Positions 50,342 through 62,558 of a stretch of DNA of 64,000 nucleotides are shown one piece after another. The notes beneath the pieces are model-generated. The model searched no databases and was not told the DNA's origin. It saw nothing but the letters and a program-made list of their open reading frames with translations. The position numbers and the translations under genes are program-made. The stretch's first letter is position 1. Each line of letters opens with the position of its first letter. Source of the stretch: Azolla caroliniana (taxonomy: Eukaryota; Plantae; Polypodiophyta); NCBI GenBank assembly GCA_043228905.1, contig JBHGNT010000012.1, forward strand, positions 10,354,001-10,418,000, read 5' to 3'.

Positions 50342-53300
50342 TGTAAAAGAATAGCGTGCAGAAGAAATAGAAAACCGAACACAGAAATGCGGGTTTAATG
50401 GAGAGCTTAGAATATACACAGTACGTGGGAGAGACACAGAGAGAGAGAGCACACAGAAAACTCAATTCAAAATAATACTCAATCTGTACATCGTATGTGT
50501 TCAGTGGACACTTTTATACAAGTCCATATAGACTGACAAAAGTACGGTGTACTTCAATGCTCACACAAGCATCTGACATTAACTATGAGACATTAACTAC
50601 CTAGTAGTCTAGGCTGCCACTATGCTTCCAGTTATTGATGGATCCGGCTAACCAGCTCCCCAGCTCACCGGCTCACCGATCCGGCTCATCCTTCCAGATG
50701 TTGATCCGGCTCAGGCTTATTCAGCCGATCCGGATCCGGTTGAACTTGCCTCTCAACACTCCCCCTCAAGCTCAACTTGAGGTCGGATCGTAGTGTCAAT
50801 CTCCATGGCAGCCGGTCCTTCCACCCGGCTCCTTCTGGCGTCACTCTGCCTCGCTCGCGCTCCTCATCCGGTCCGGTCCTGTTTGCCACGATCCTTCTGT
50901 ATCTGCGCACCTCAACCTCTTCAGTCAATTTGTCTGCTCAACAGGCCCAAATCAGCTCCCTCGTTGTGAATTCGGCGCTTGTCGATTCCCCGATTCCTTT
51001 GTGTTGGCGTCGACTTTTGCTGCCTTCTTGTCCTTTTGGCCTTGAATTGCTCCGGTTCTACCGAATCCGTCTATTGAACTGAATCGACTGTCTCCGATTC
51101 GTTCCAGCTCTTGTCCGCATCGGTCGCTCCCGATTCTTCTTTCGGTTCCAGGGCCTTCACCACATCAGACCATGTCCGGGTCTTGGCCTTCTTCTTTCGG
51201 TCGGCTCTGTCCTTATTGACTCTGTCACCGCTGCCCCTTGTTCCGACTTGTTTGGATGTGTCAACTTCCTTTGTCGACTCAACTCCTTTCTTCTTCTTGT
51301 CTCTCCCTCTGTCGGTTCTTCCCTCACCGGCGCAATCGGCAATTTCTTTGCCTTTGCCCGTTCCGGTGTGTTTGCCCGTTCTCCCCCTCAAGTGTGGCAC
51401 GTCGAGATGCTGAACACCAAGCATTTCGGTGAAGTGTTGCAACTTGTCCGATCCGAGCAGTTTGGTGAAGATGTCAGCAACATGTTGATCCGTATGAACA
51501 TACCGAAGTTCAACTTCACCGCTCAGGACACGCTCATTCACAAAGTGGTAGTGCACTTCTATGTGTTTTGTGTGAGTGTGGAATACGGGGTTCTTGGCGA
51601 GCTACATGCTGCTTATGTTGTCACAATAGATCAGGATCAGGATCGGCACCTCGATCCGCAGGTCTTGCAGTAGTCGCCGAAGCCAAATGGCTTCACAGGT
51701 GGCAACAGTAGCGCCCCGGTATTTAGCCCCAGTGCTCAAAAGGGTAATTGTTGGCTGCTTTTTGTTGCTCCACGCAACAACCGCGCTACCAAGGGAAAAC
51801 ATATAGCTAGAAGTGAATCAACAATCCGATGCATCGTCGGCCCAGTCACCATCAGTGTATCCAACTAGCTCTTCGGTTATACCATGCTGGTATAACAGTC
51901 CCCGTTCCTTCGTGTTGCTCACATATCGCAAAATTCAATGTGCACACAAAAGGTGCTCCACGGTCGGCTTCTGCATATATTGGTTGATCACACCGACCGG
52001 ATAACTGATGTCAAGTCGGGTGATTGTCAAATATATAAGGCTTCGGACGATTTGTCGAAACCGCTTCTCATCGCAGACCGGTTTAGAGTCGGGACGAAGC
52101 TTCTGGTTCCGGTCCAGGGGTGTGGAGATTGGTCGGCATTCCGTCATGCCGAACTTGTACAACATATTCAACACATAGTGTCTTTGTGAGAGCAATATGT
52201 TGTCGGTGGTTTGGATCACCTCGATCCCAAGAAAATAGTGAAGGTCCCCCAGGTCCTTCATCTCAAATGCGTCCGATAGTTGGGACTTGACTCGGCTGAT
52301 TTCATTGAGTCCGGGTCTGGTGATGACTAGATCATCAACATACAACAAGATGCAAACCGGACCGTCCGGACCTTGCCGGATGAACAACGAAGAGTCAAAC
52401 TTGGAGGTCGCAAACCCCATCTTACGCAATCGGTGCGTGATCTTCGCATTCCAAGCTCGGGGGGCTTGCTTCAGGCCATAAAGTGACTTCTTCTGCCGGC
52501 ATACCGCCGACTTGTTCATCCCTGACTGGAAACCGGGGGGTTGGGTCATAAAGACCTCTTCTTCAAGATCGCCTTGAAGAAATGCATTCTTCACGTCCAT
52601 CTGGTGAAGATGCCACCCCCTTGCCGTAGCAACTGCCAACACCACACGAATCGTAGTCATCTTCGCTACCGGAGTGAAGGTCTTGTCATAGTCCATTCCG
52701 TGGGTCTACGCGTATCCCTTCGCCACTAACCGGGCCTCATACCGGTTAACCGAACCATTGGCACTGTACTTTACATTGTACACCCACTTACATCCGATCG
52801 GTTTACAGTGTCAAGGAGTGTCAATTAGGTCCCATGTGTCATTGGCATCAAGTGCCCGCATTTCATCCTCCATAGCGGCATGCCAATTTGCGTCCCTTGC
52901 CGCTTTTGCGTAGCTCTCCGGCTCACGCACTTCCGCCACCTTGGTCATGTATGCATAGTGATGCGCCATGTACTCATTGTACCCATACCGCTTCACAGGG
53001 TTCTTCTGGCGGGAAGACCAGCGTAACTTATCGTTACCCGGTTTGAGGCCCTTCTTGGCTGGTTCGGACTTCATTCTCGAAGATCCACCTTCATCCTTTC
53101 TGACGTTGGATTCGCTCCGATCCGACTCAATGTTGTCGGTTTCGTATTCTGGCATCTTCTTCTTCCCCTTCTCTTTGCGCGTGAAACTTCTCCTCAGTTC
53201 CTTGCGCGGGGAGAGCACGGCAGAGTCTCCATTACTCGTCGGTTCCTCATCCGACTAGTCATCCCAACTTAGCCGCTCATTCGGTCCACTTAACTGAAAT

Positions 53301-55875
53301 GAGATCGGAATCTCTTCTCGAGTGCCGAGGTCCTCATCTTCTATCTGGACCGGTTCAGGCTCACAAGCCTCATCCTCCGGTATCGGGTCGGGGTCGGAAG
53401 TCGAAGCCAGTAAGGCATACCATGATGTCGTCTCATCAAACTCAACATCTCGGCTAACTCGGACCTGCTTCGTCAGGGATTATAACACTTATACCCCTTT
53501 TGCTCATGCGAGTAACCGACAAGGATGCATTTCTCCGACTGTTGAATTGGCCAGAAAAATATTCTTTTCCGCCATCCGACCGCAAGTACTTGATCTTCCT
53601 CTCCGTTTCCCGTTCAACCAGGCTTTGCAGGTTCTGGAAACACTCGAAGACTTCGCTCTTCCGCTCAATGAGGTAGATCCATGTGTGCCGGCTGTAGTCG
53701 TCGATGAAGGAGACGAAATATTGACTCCCACCAACACTAACGTTCTGTGCCAGTTCCCATACATCCAAATGAATAAGGTCGAGCTTGTTACGACTACGGT
53801 TTCGTTCGGTGGGGAATGGAAGCCGGTGTTGCTTCCCGACTTGGCAGGCTTCACATATTTGGGCCTTCCGGTCACTGAACTTCGGCAAACCTATCAGGTC
53901 TTGAAGCCTCTGGTAATTGATGTGGCCGATCTGCTTGTGCAAGAGATCAATATCCGATTCAATCTTCTGTCTTGTGGCGAACAAAGCGGTGCCGATGTCA
54001 TTGGTGTCGAGGATAAACATCTGCCTTTCCCTGCGCCCTTGCACAATAATCTGGCCCTCATCCTCGATGAAGCACCCAAGGTGCGTAAACCGCACATGCA
54101 TCCCCTGGTCAACGATCTGACCAACTAACACCTGGTTCTTCATGATAGTCGGAATGTGTAATACATTCATCAACTTCCCCTTCTGTCTAACGTGGCTCAA
54201 AGGAACTTCTCCGATATGCACGATTGGGTGAGGAGTGTCGTCTCTGGTTTCGACGACTCCCGGTTGTTCCGGTTTCTCCAAGAAAGAGAACCACTCTTTG
54301 TGGCTCGTTATGTGATTTGACGCACCGGAATCAACGTACCACACTTCCTTCGATTCGGAAGTGTTCTTCTTCATCAAGTTAGCCTCATGTTTCATCACCA
54401 AGGCTGGCCCTTTATCAGCTATTCCAGTTTTGGATCCTCCCGATCCTTCTCCATAGTGAGAATAATGCCAGTTCTCTTTGTCGGTTTTTCCGGATCCGGA
54501 TTTGTCCGAATCGGCGCGCTTCTTCCAGTACTCGCTTTCTCTGTGGCCATTTTTACCACAGTACCAACATTCCGTGTCGTCCTTTGCTTGCCGGCCGCCG
54601 GCGCCACCTTGACTCCCCCTGCTTGTGGAGGGTCCGGAACTGCTATTGGCACGTTCTTTGTGTCTTCGTTCCTGCTCTTGCCGGCTACTACCATTGCGAG
54701 TTGGCCTGCCTCGACCACCACGCCCACGGGGCCGATCCGCCTCCGTGTACAGCATCCAGCTGTCGGTGGGTGCACTTGTTGAGGAACCCGCGTGGTTCTC
54801 CTCTATAAGGAGCACCGACTATAGGTCGAAAAAAGACGGCGTATTCTCCCGTGTGCACACAGCAGTTCGGAATGCTCCGAACTTATACGCTAGTTCCCCG
54901 AGATAGATCTGCACCATCTCACCTTCCTCGATGTTCACATCGAGGGAGGCTAAGGAGTCACATATCTCTTTGATCTTCGACGTGTAATCAGCCACCGACA
55001 AGTCGCGTTGTCGTAGGTTGCTCAGCTCGTGTAGGAGTTGAAGCTTCCAAGTTGTAGTGCTTGCGGCAAAAATTTTCTTCAAGTTTCCCCAAGCATCTTT
55101 CGGCGTTTTTGCATCCCGAATGTAGCTTAGGAGTTGTTCGCCCACACCAAACGCGAAACAGTATAGTACTCTGCTCGCCAACTGTTCCCACATCGAGAAA
55201 TCTCTATGTGTCGATTCGGGTGTTGTGTCATTTGCTCCGTCGACATAGCTCTAGTAACCGTGCCCAAGCAGGTGCTAGTGCATCTTGTAGGACGAAGATG
55301 CATAGTTGTTTCTGTCGAGCTTCTCCGTCGGAAGCGAGCTAGCCATGCCTCTATCCATCGGTTTTTACCTGTTCTTCTTGGTTGGTTTTCTTTTCAAGCT
55401 ATGTTGGTTGCAGAGGTTCTCAACCCTTGCACTCTGATACCATGTAAAAGAATAGTGTGCATAAGCAATAGAAAACCGAACACAGAAACGTAGGTTTAAT
55501 GGAGAGCTTAGAATATACACAGTACGCGGGAGATTCAGAGAGAGAGAGCGCACACAGAAAACTCAATTCAAAATTATACTCAATTTGTACATCGTATGTG
55601 TTCAATGAACACTTTTATACAAGTCCATATGGACTAACTAAAGTATGGTGTACTTCAATGCTCACACAAGCATCTGACACTAACTATGAGACATTAACTA
55701 CCTAATAGTCTAGGTTGCCACTAGGCTTCCGGTTACTGATGGATCCGGCTAACTGGCTCCCCAGCTCACCGACTCAATTGCTCACCAGCTCACCGATCCG
55801 GCTCATCCTTTCGGATGCCAATCCGGCTCAAGCTTATTCAGCCGATCCGGATCCAGTTGAGCTTGCTGCTCAACA
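50342..55875 (-). mobile_element. Full-length but defective Ty1/Copia: LTRs 55443-55875 and 50342-50758, tRNA-iMet PBS 55431-55442, PPT 50759-50770, TSD ATCTA
   Basis: Similar TG...CA LTRs; ATCTA at 50337-50341 and 55876-55880; gag, PR (WYVDSGASNH), INT with a deletion near 53540, RT (LLYVDDLVI) and RH. Confidence 0.96.
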
Positions 55876-57166
55876 ATCTAGCTAAGGTCAAAATGGTGTT
55901 AGAGTGGCAGACACCGCGTTCCTTGCGAGATGTGCAATGCTTTTTAGGCTTTGCCAATTTCTACCACAAGTTTATATAGGATTACTCAAAGCTTGTTCTA
56001 CCTCTCACACAACTTACGAGGAAGGGACAATCGTTCATTTGGTCCGAAGAAGTAGACATGGATTTTGAGAGTCTTAAGAAGGCATTTACATCAGCTCCTA
56101 TCTAGCTCATGTTGATCCGGAAAAACCATTCACCATTGAAGCAGACGCGTCTTATTTCGCCTTTGGTAGCATTTTGTCACAACAAGGCCATGATGAAAAG
56201 CTACATCCTGTGGCTTTCCACTCACGCAAGTTTGACGCCGCCGAAATAAACTATGAAATTCATGATAAGTAGCTATTAGCAATAGTGGACTCTTTTACGT
56301 AATGCTCGCATTTTCTAGAGGGATCTTCTCATCACGTCACCGTATTTGATCACAAAAACCTTGCCTACTTTAAGAATGCTCGTGTGTTAAATCAACGTCA
56401 AGCTCGGTGGGCCCAATTCCTCACTCGTTTCGACTTCAAAATTACATATTTTCCGGGGAAGCAACAATGGAAGGCAAATGCATTATCACGGTGCTCGTAT
56501 CTAGCACCGCGTCCTGGCGAGCGAGCTTTCGATAACCAAAAGCAAGTAATCTTGGAACCTGCACGACTACAAGCAACACGGGTCTTCAATATGCCCTTGG
56601 ATTCACACGTTATTGATACCATACGTGAGGACTTAAAGACAGATGTTTTCGCCCAAGCCAATCTAGCACAAATTGATCCCTCTCGAGCATCTTGTTCACA
56701 ATCGCAACAACCAGGCACGGACTACCGACAATTCAAATGTCATGATAGATTACTATTCTTTAAGAAACTCTTGTATGTTCCTAATGGTTCTTGTCACCTT
56801 CGACTAGTCCAAAATTATCATGACACATATATAACTGGGCATTTTGGTAGTACTAAAACATTAGATTTAGTACAACGATCATTCTGGTGCTCCCATATGC
56901 GACAATTTGTCGAAGATTTTGTTCAGACTTGTGATACATGTTGCAGAGAAAAAATGGCAAGGCATCATCCATATGGTTTATTAGAACCATTACCAATTCC
57001 AAGCAAGTTGTGGCAATCCATTACTCTAGATTTCATCACAGATCTTCCGGTCTCTAAGGGATTCGATGTGATCCTAACAGTAGTAGATCAATATACGAAG
57101 ATGGCCCATTTCCTGCCATGTACTAAGGAAATCTCCAGTGAAGAAACCGCCGAAATTGTCATGCGT

Positions 57167-58465
57167 TGTCGCGAAAATACGACGAGGATACGTGAACGTT
57201 GAGGCAAGACCCCGGGGCCTTTGTTTAGAGGATATCAAATTCGTGTATTTATGTACTAAGAATTAACCGAAATGAGAAAGATTAACAAATTTCATTAATA
57301 AAAGGGAAAGAAAGATTACAATCAATCCCAAGATTGGGATTACAAAAGTTTTATCTTATGGAGATGATTAGAATAATAGATTAGAGGAAATAAGAGATTA
57401 TGATTCTTGAGTGATATGGCTTTGACAAGGAATTTTGGATTTTGAGAGATTGCTTCCGTATAGAAAATATGGTTTACTTGAGAGATAGCTTCCGTAGGGA
57501 AGATTAGGGTTCTTGGCTTCGATAAGATAAGAGAGCTCCCCAAAGAAAAGAAAAAAAAAATTTAGATAATATGGAGAGTGACCCCAGTGTAGGAAAAAAA
57601 ATGGAATAAATATGGAGTTCTCCCTTGATCATAGCCTTTCCACTTTTTGTTGCATGGCCTCTACTTTTAGTTGCCTAGCTTTTTCTTTTGGTTGCATGTG
57701 ACTGTCCACATGACCTTTACTTTTTCCATGCACTCCTTCTTTAGTTGCTTGCGTCCACATGGCCTTTACTTTAGTTCTCTTCACTTTACTTTAGTTTGTT
57801 GCATGATCCAATCTTTCGTCCGTCCGCGTCCAACCTCCTCCAGTAGCCGGTTCCATTTTGCTTGCCGGTCGGTTCCGGTTCCGATTTTTCTTGCCGGCCG
57901 GTTCCAGTTTGCTTGCCGGTTCCGGTTCCAGTTTTGCTTGCCGGTTCCGGTTCCAGTTTTGCTTGCCGGACGGTTCCGGTTTGCTTGCCGGTTCCGGTTC
58001 CGGTTTTGCTTGCCGGTCGGTTCCGGTTTGCTTGCCGGTTCCAGTTCCGGTTTTGCTTACCGGCCGGTTTTCGGTTTGCATACTCGTTCCGGTTCTGGTT
58101 TTGCATACCGGCCAGTTTCCGGATTGCATACCGGCCGGTTTCCGGATTTGCTTACCCGGTTTTAGGGAATTTGGCCACCATCACCCATCAAGACAAAGTG
58201 GCCAAAGTGCTCTTAGCACAAATGAAAAATGAGGGAGCTCAAGGTGTTTATATAGCCAGGGCCTATCTATGTGGGATAGTTCTAATTTCCCTATCTAATC
58301 AAACTTTATTTTCTCATAACTTGATATGTATTTCTCCATTTTGTATATAGTAAAATACATTTTGAAGCTCTTGAGTATATCCATCTTTCTATAGTAAGCT
58401 ACTAATCTAATCTATAATAATTATTTCATTATTTTTTTACATAGTGTGTGAAGATTCACACGACA
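57167..58465 (-). mobile_element. 1.3-kb solo LTR related to the 18639 lineage, TSD GCGT/GCAT
   Basis: Minus start TGTCGTGTGAATCTTCACACACTATG resembles TGTCGTAGTGTGAATCACACACTACG at 18639; removing it restores EIVMREVC in the host integrase. Confidence 0.85.
57845..58160. repeat. GC-rich minisatellite, ~22-24 bp unit (TTTGCTTGCCGGTTCCGGTTCCAG), inside the solo LTR
   Basis: More than ten degenerate tandem copies are visible; they explain the overlapping repetitive ORFs on both strands. Confidence 0.9.
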
Positions 58466-59973
58466 GCATGAAGTATGTCAACATCATGGCCTTCCCAATA
58501 GGGTCATTAGCGACCATGGACCCCAATTCATCTCAAAATTCTGGAAACACCTCTTTAAAATGCTCAAGGTCACTTGTAACCTCTCCTCCGGCTACCACCC
58601 GCAAATAGATAGCCAAGTAGAACGAACAAATCAAACGCTGGAGCAGTATCTTCGGTGCTTTCTAAGCTATCATCAAGATGACTAGGCAAATATTCTCCAC
58701 TTTGCCGAATTTGCGTATAATAACTCTGTCCACTCATCGACAAAGGTTACACCATTTTATGCTTATACGGGCTATCACCCTCGGTGGTGTGTATTTGAAA
58801 CCCCAGAGTTACCCACAAATCCTTGTGTAGAGGATCATTTGGAGCGGTTACGCAAGATACAAGTGGATTTATCTACTCATCTACATCAAGCTCAATAAAC
58901 ACACAAGGTTTACGCGGATCGTCATCGGCTTCCATCCATTTTTAACATTGGAGATTGGGTATGGCTACTACGATGACACATCAAGACCTCGCCCATGAGA
59001 GAAGTTGGATTATCGGCGATTAGGTCCTTTCCGTATTATCAGAAAAATTAATGATGTCGCTTTTTGTCTCGATCTACCTCCACAACTTCAGATACATCCG
59101 GAGTTTCATAGTTCTCTCCTCGAACCCTATCAAGACAGTACCATCCCAGGTCGTATTAAACAACCTCCACCCCCGATCGAACTTGAAGATAGACCTGAGT
59201 ACGAGGTTACCGCCATCCTCGATTCCAAGATTGTTCGCAACAAGCTCTACTATTTAGTAGATTGGCTAGGATATAGTCCCAGCGAGCGTACCTAGGAACC
59301 AATAGAGAATGTGACCAATGCTCGTGCTCTTCTTGAAGACTTCCATCGTCAATATCCAGACAAACTGGGTCCTCAATCCAAAACGACTCGTAACACTCGT
59401 CGTTTTAAAGGGGGGATAGTGTCATGATATGGCAAGACTCAAACCCATGATCTAAGTACGAGGTTGCCGCCATCCTCGGTTCCAAGATTGTTCACAACAA
59501 GCTCTACTATTTAGTCGATTGGCTAGGATATAGTCCCAACAAGCGTACTTGGTAACCAATAGAGAATGTGACCAATCATTCTCTTCTTGAAGACTTCCAT
59601 CGTCAATATCCAGACAAATTGGGTCTTCAATCCAAAACGACTCGTGACTCGTGACACTCGTCGTTTTAAAGCGGGGATAGTTTCATGATATGGCAAGACT
59701 CAAACCCATGACCTTATATTGCATGGGTCGAGATCTTGACCATTAGAGTATATGTTGTAATACGAAGAATATTATTTTCATTTAAGTTTTACTATAGAAA
59801 ATTGATGTATATTCTAGATTTCTCTAGAACATTATAGAAACTTCAGGAGTACTCCTTAGAACACTATAAAAGTAGGCACAAGGCATTATTTCGAACCAAA
59901 TTGGTTCAATGCCAGTCTTAAGCCTCCAAGCCATCCTTGTATACTCTTTTCACATAATATATTGTTGTCATCA

Positions 59974-60010
<37 letters not shown>

Positions 60011-60015
<5 letters not shown>

Positions 60016-60408
60016 ACATGTTAGAGCCCATACCATTATCTGCCATTCGAACCATTGCTTCCATGCGACTTAGCTCACATGCATTGTGATGTGAAATAGG
60101 GCGTTGGGGCACAAGTGATGAGAGTGGTCGTCTATGCACACTTTGCCCTAAACAAGTTCGCGAGTCTGAGTATCACACTTTTATACAATGCTCTGCCTTT
60201 GGTCATATTCGACCATGTTGTCCACATCTCTTCGACCGAGCCTAATCTTTGAATGAATTCCTCTCATAACCACAATGTGCACTCTCGATTGCAACATTCA
60301 TTGGCAAAGTTCTTGAACATCGAGATTCACTACTCCCTCTGACACGTATCATGTGAAATGTAATATTTTTGGTCTCACAGGTCATATTTGACCTCCGAAG
60401 ACGATAAT

Positions 60409-60412
<4 letters not shown>
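60011..60412 (+). mobile_element. 3' fragment of a non-LTR retrotransposon (RTE-X-like) inserted in the (CT)n tract of the LTR
   Basis: Reads MRLSSHAL*CEIGRWG...RLCTLC...ESEYHTFIQC (C-terminal CCHC finger) and is flanked on both sides by (CT)n; absent from the other copies of this LTR. Confidence 0.65.

Positions 60413-60487
<75 letters not shown>
60413..60487. repeat. Compound microsatellite (CT)n(CTAT)n
   Basis: Directly visible; related (GA)n tracts occur in the homologous LTRs, e.g. 46575-46640. Confidence 0.95.
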
Positions 60488-60562
60488 CCTTCTCTTGAGT
60501 GTTCTACACCCTCTTTTCCTCTTAGTACTAATTTCCTCTCCGTCTTAGTACTATTCTTGACA

Positions 60563-61984
60563 CCGAGTCCGATTCGGCTGAACACGAATACGGATGGAAG
60601 TTGACCTAGCCGAAAGCCGATTAGACGAGACCGATCCGAAAAGAAGCTAATCCGAGTCAACCGGAGGTCGAAGCAATCAAAACTGGTGAACACGAGGAAG
60701 ACGCCAAGCAGACACACTACCACGGATGACAAGGGCCAAGAGGATTTGAAGGGTGTTACCAAGGATGAGATCTCAACAAAGAAGGAGGGCTCTAACATGA
60801 AGATTGTCAACTCTAACGCGAGATTGTACGACGAAGGTGAACGAACTGCAAAGTCTCTTCACCAAGGAGACAGTCGGAATGAAGGTGGCACATGCACGAG
60901 CCATGAAGGGTTAAGCTCAAAAAGAGCATAAGGTGCCATCAGAACCGGTCATAACAATGCAAAGAGTGAACGAAGAATATGGTGGATCGGATGGCGACAA
61001 TACTTCGGGTGGAAAAAATGGATGTGCTCAAAATGGAGAGACAAAGTCGACATAGAGAGAAAAACGGAGGATGCTATGGATGAAGGAGGTAACAAGCATC
61101 GGCAACTTCGGCACATACCGGAGGATGCGCGGGTTCGAAGGGGGCGAGTGTCGTAGTGTATTTCGTACACTACGTGTAAAACGTATAGAGTATTAGATTC
61201 AATAAATATGAAGAAATAGAAGAAAATATTAAAATATATATTACATGCATAGGGCAAGGTTCAAACTTTGTACCTCCATGTTAATAACCATTATACTAAC
61301 ACATCATGAGTGTTTAAAAAGTAGATGTCCCATATAGAAAGGTAAGTTCACGCATAGTTTCTAGGAAAAAGCTTTAGTTAAAAGAAAAACACATGATAGA
61401 AAAAAGCTACACATGCACATCTAGCGTGCATAAACATTATAATAGATAAAAAAACACATGACATTAGAAAAAGCATGTTAGAGAAAGCATATATTCTATA
61501 GATAGAAAAAGCATGGAGTCCATAGTTAGAGAAAAAGCATGGATTGCTAAGACTCTGTCATCACTATATAAGGATGGGGAGCACAATGTAATGGGGAGAG
61601 AAACTTATGGATGAAAAATCATTAGGGTTCTAAAATAATGATTAATAAAATAAACTATGCTTGTGGAATTCACAAGTTTTCTATATCTTTCTCTTCCAAT
61701 CTATTCTAATTTATTATTAGGGTTTTAAATATTAATAAAATAAATAAATTATACTCGTGGGATTCACGAGGTTTCTATATCCTTCTCTTCCAATCTAAAT
61801 TCATATTCTTATCTAAATATTGATTAATAAAGTACATTATACATGTGGGATTCACAAGTTTCTATCTCTCTTTCTTACAATCTATTTATATTCGTATTAG
61901 CCTTAAAACTCTCCTCCTCCTAGTCCAAAACCCCAGCGGTTCCCACCCGACTCACGCAACGATCCGGCGCCGAAAGGCACGATA
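60563..61984 (+). mobile_element. 3' end of another element of the 18639 lineage: 3' internal region, PPT 61137-61148, 3' LTR 61149-61984
   Basis: GAAGGGGGCGAG precedes TGTCGTAGTG; the LTR ends GGCGCCGAAAGGCACGATA; degenerate antisense A/B cassette at 61250-61305. Confidence 0.8.
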
Positions 61985-62558
61985 CCATTAATACGTGTGG
62001 GAGAGACATCTAGAGCGAAGTCATCTTTCTGGCCCGAAGTGCTAGAAATCTCCGAGAAAACCGATTCTGATGAAATCCGTACCACCGCAGAAGGCATCCG
62101 AGAAGCTACAAGATGGGAGTGCCCCGTAGATAAGAATAGCATATATGCCTTATGTCAATTACATGAGGTGTATGTAGATGTGAAGCGATGACGCACGAAT
62201 GATGCGGTCGGACCATCAAAGAAGGGAGAAAGCTGGAATTCCGAAGGGAAAGGAAAAGGAAAAATGACTCTGACATTCAGACTCCCTTGGACATCAAACA
62301 ACAGATGGACTTAAAGAAGGTGTTCGAAGAGAGAATCCTTGATAGTTGGGTGGAATTCTCCTTCCAAGAATTGCTCGGAATAGCGAAGAAAGAGTTCCAT
62401 AACCTCCTTGTGGATCTCGTGAAAAGAAAGAGACAAGCTACGGAAGAATCAAATGCTCCAAGGGTGAATGCAAATATCATTCTAATGAACGATACGGAAG
62501 TAGAGGATGAGATACTGAACTCCCACTACACAAAGCCACAGTGGGCACGAGCAACTAT
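61985..62558 (+). pseudogene. gag/pre-protease fragment of a further copy of the 18639 lineage
   Basis: Colinear with 20360-20925 (FWPEVLEISEK...DLKKVFEERILDS...HYTKPQWARAT). Confidence 0.85.

Larger units (their letters stand above)
49553..60562 (+). mobile_element. Decayed 5'-truncated Tcn1-like chromovirus of the same family as 41227-46935; pol interrupted by a Copia and a solo LTR; 3' LTR 59681-60562 carries a LINE fragment
   Basis: RT 49884-50135, RH/INT 55881-57166 and 58470-59000, chromodomain 59005-59295; PPT at 59408-59419 and 59668-59680; LTR ends TTCTTGACA. Confidence 0.9.

Noticed and set aside
58240-58300. tRNA-like cassette in the 57167-58465 solo LTR
   Set aside because: Only a weak GTTCTAAT match and no clear A-box; this LTR appears to lack the module or has lost it.
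57671-58350. Repetitive ORFs (TGTGTGKQ, PEPEPASK, GSGSGFA) as real proteins
   Set aside because: They arise in several frames on both strands from a stop-free GC-rich minisatellite.
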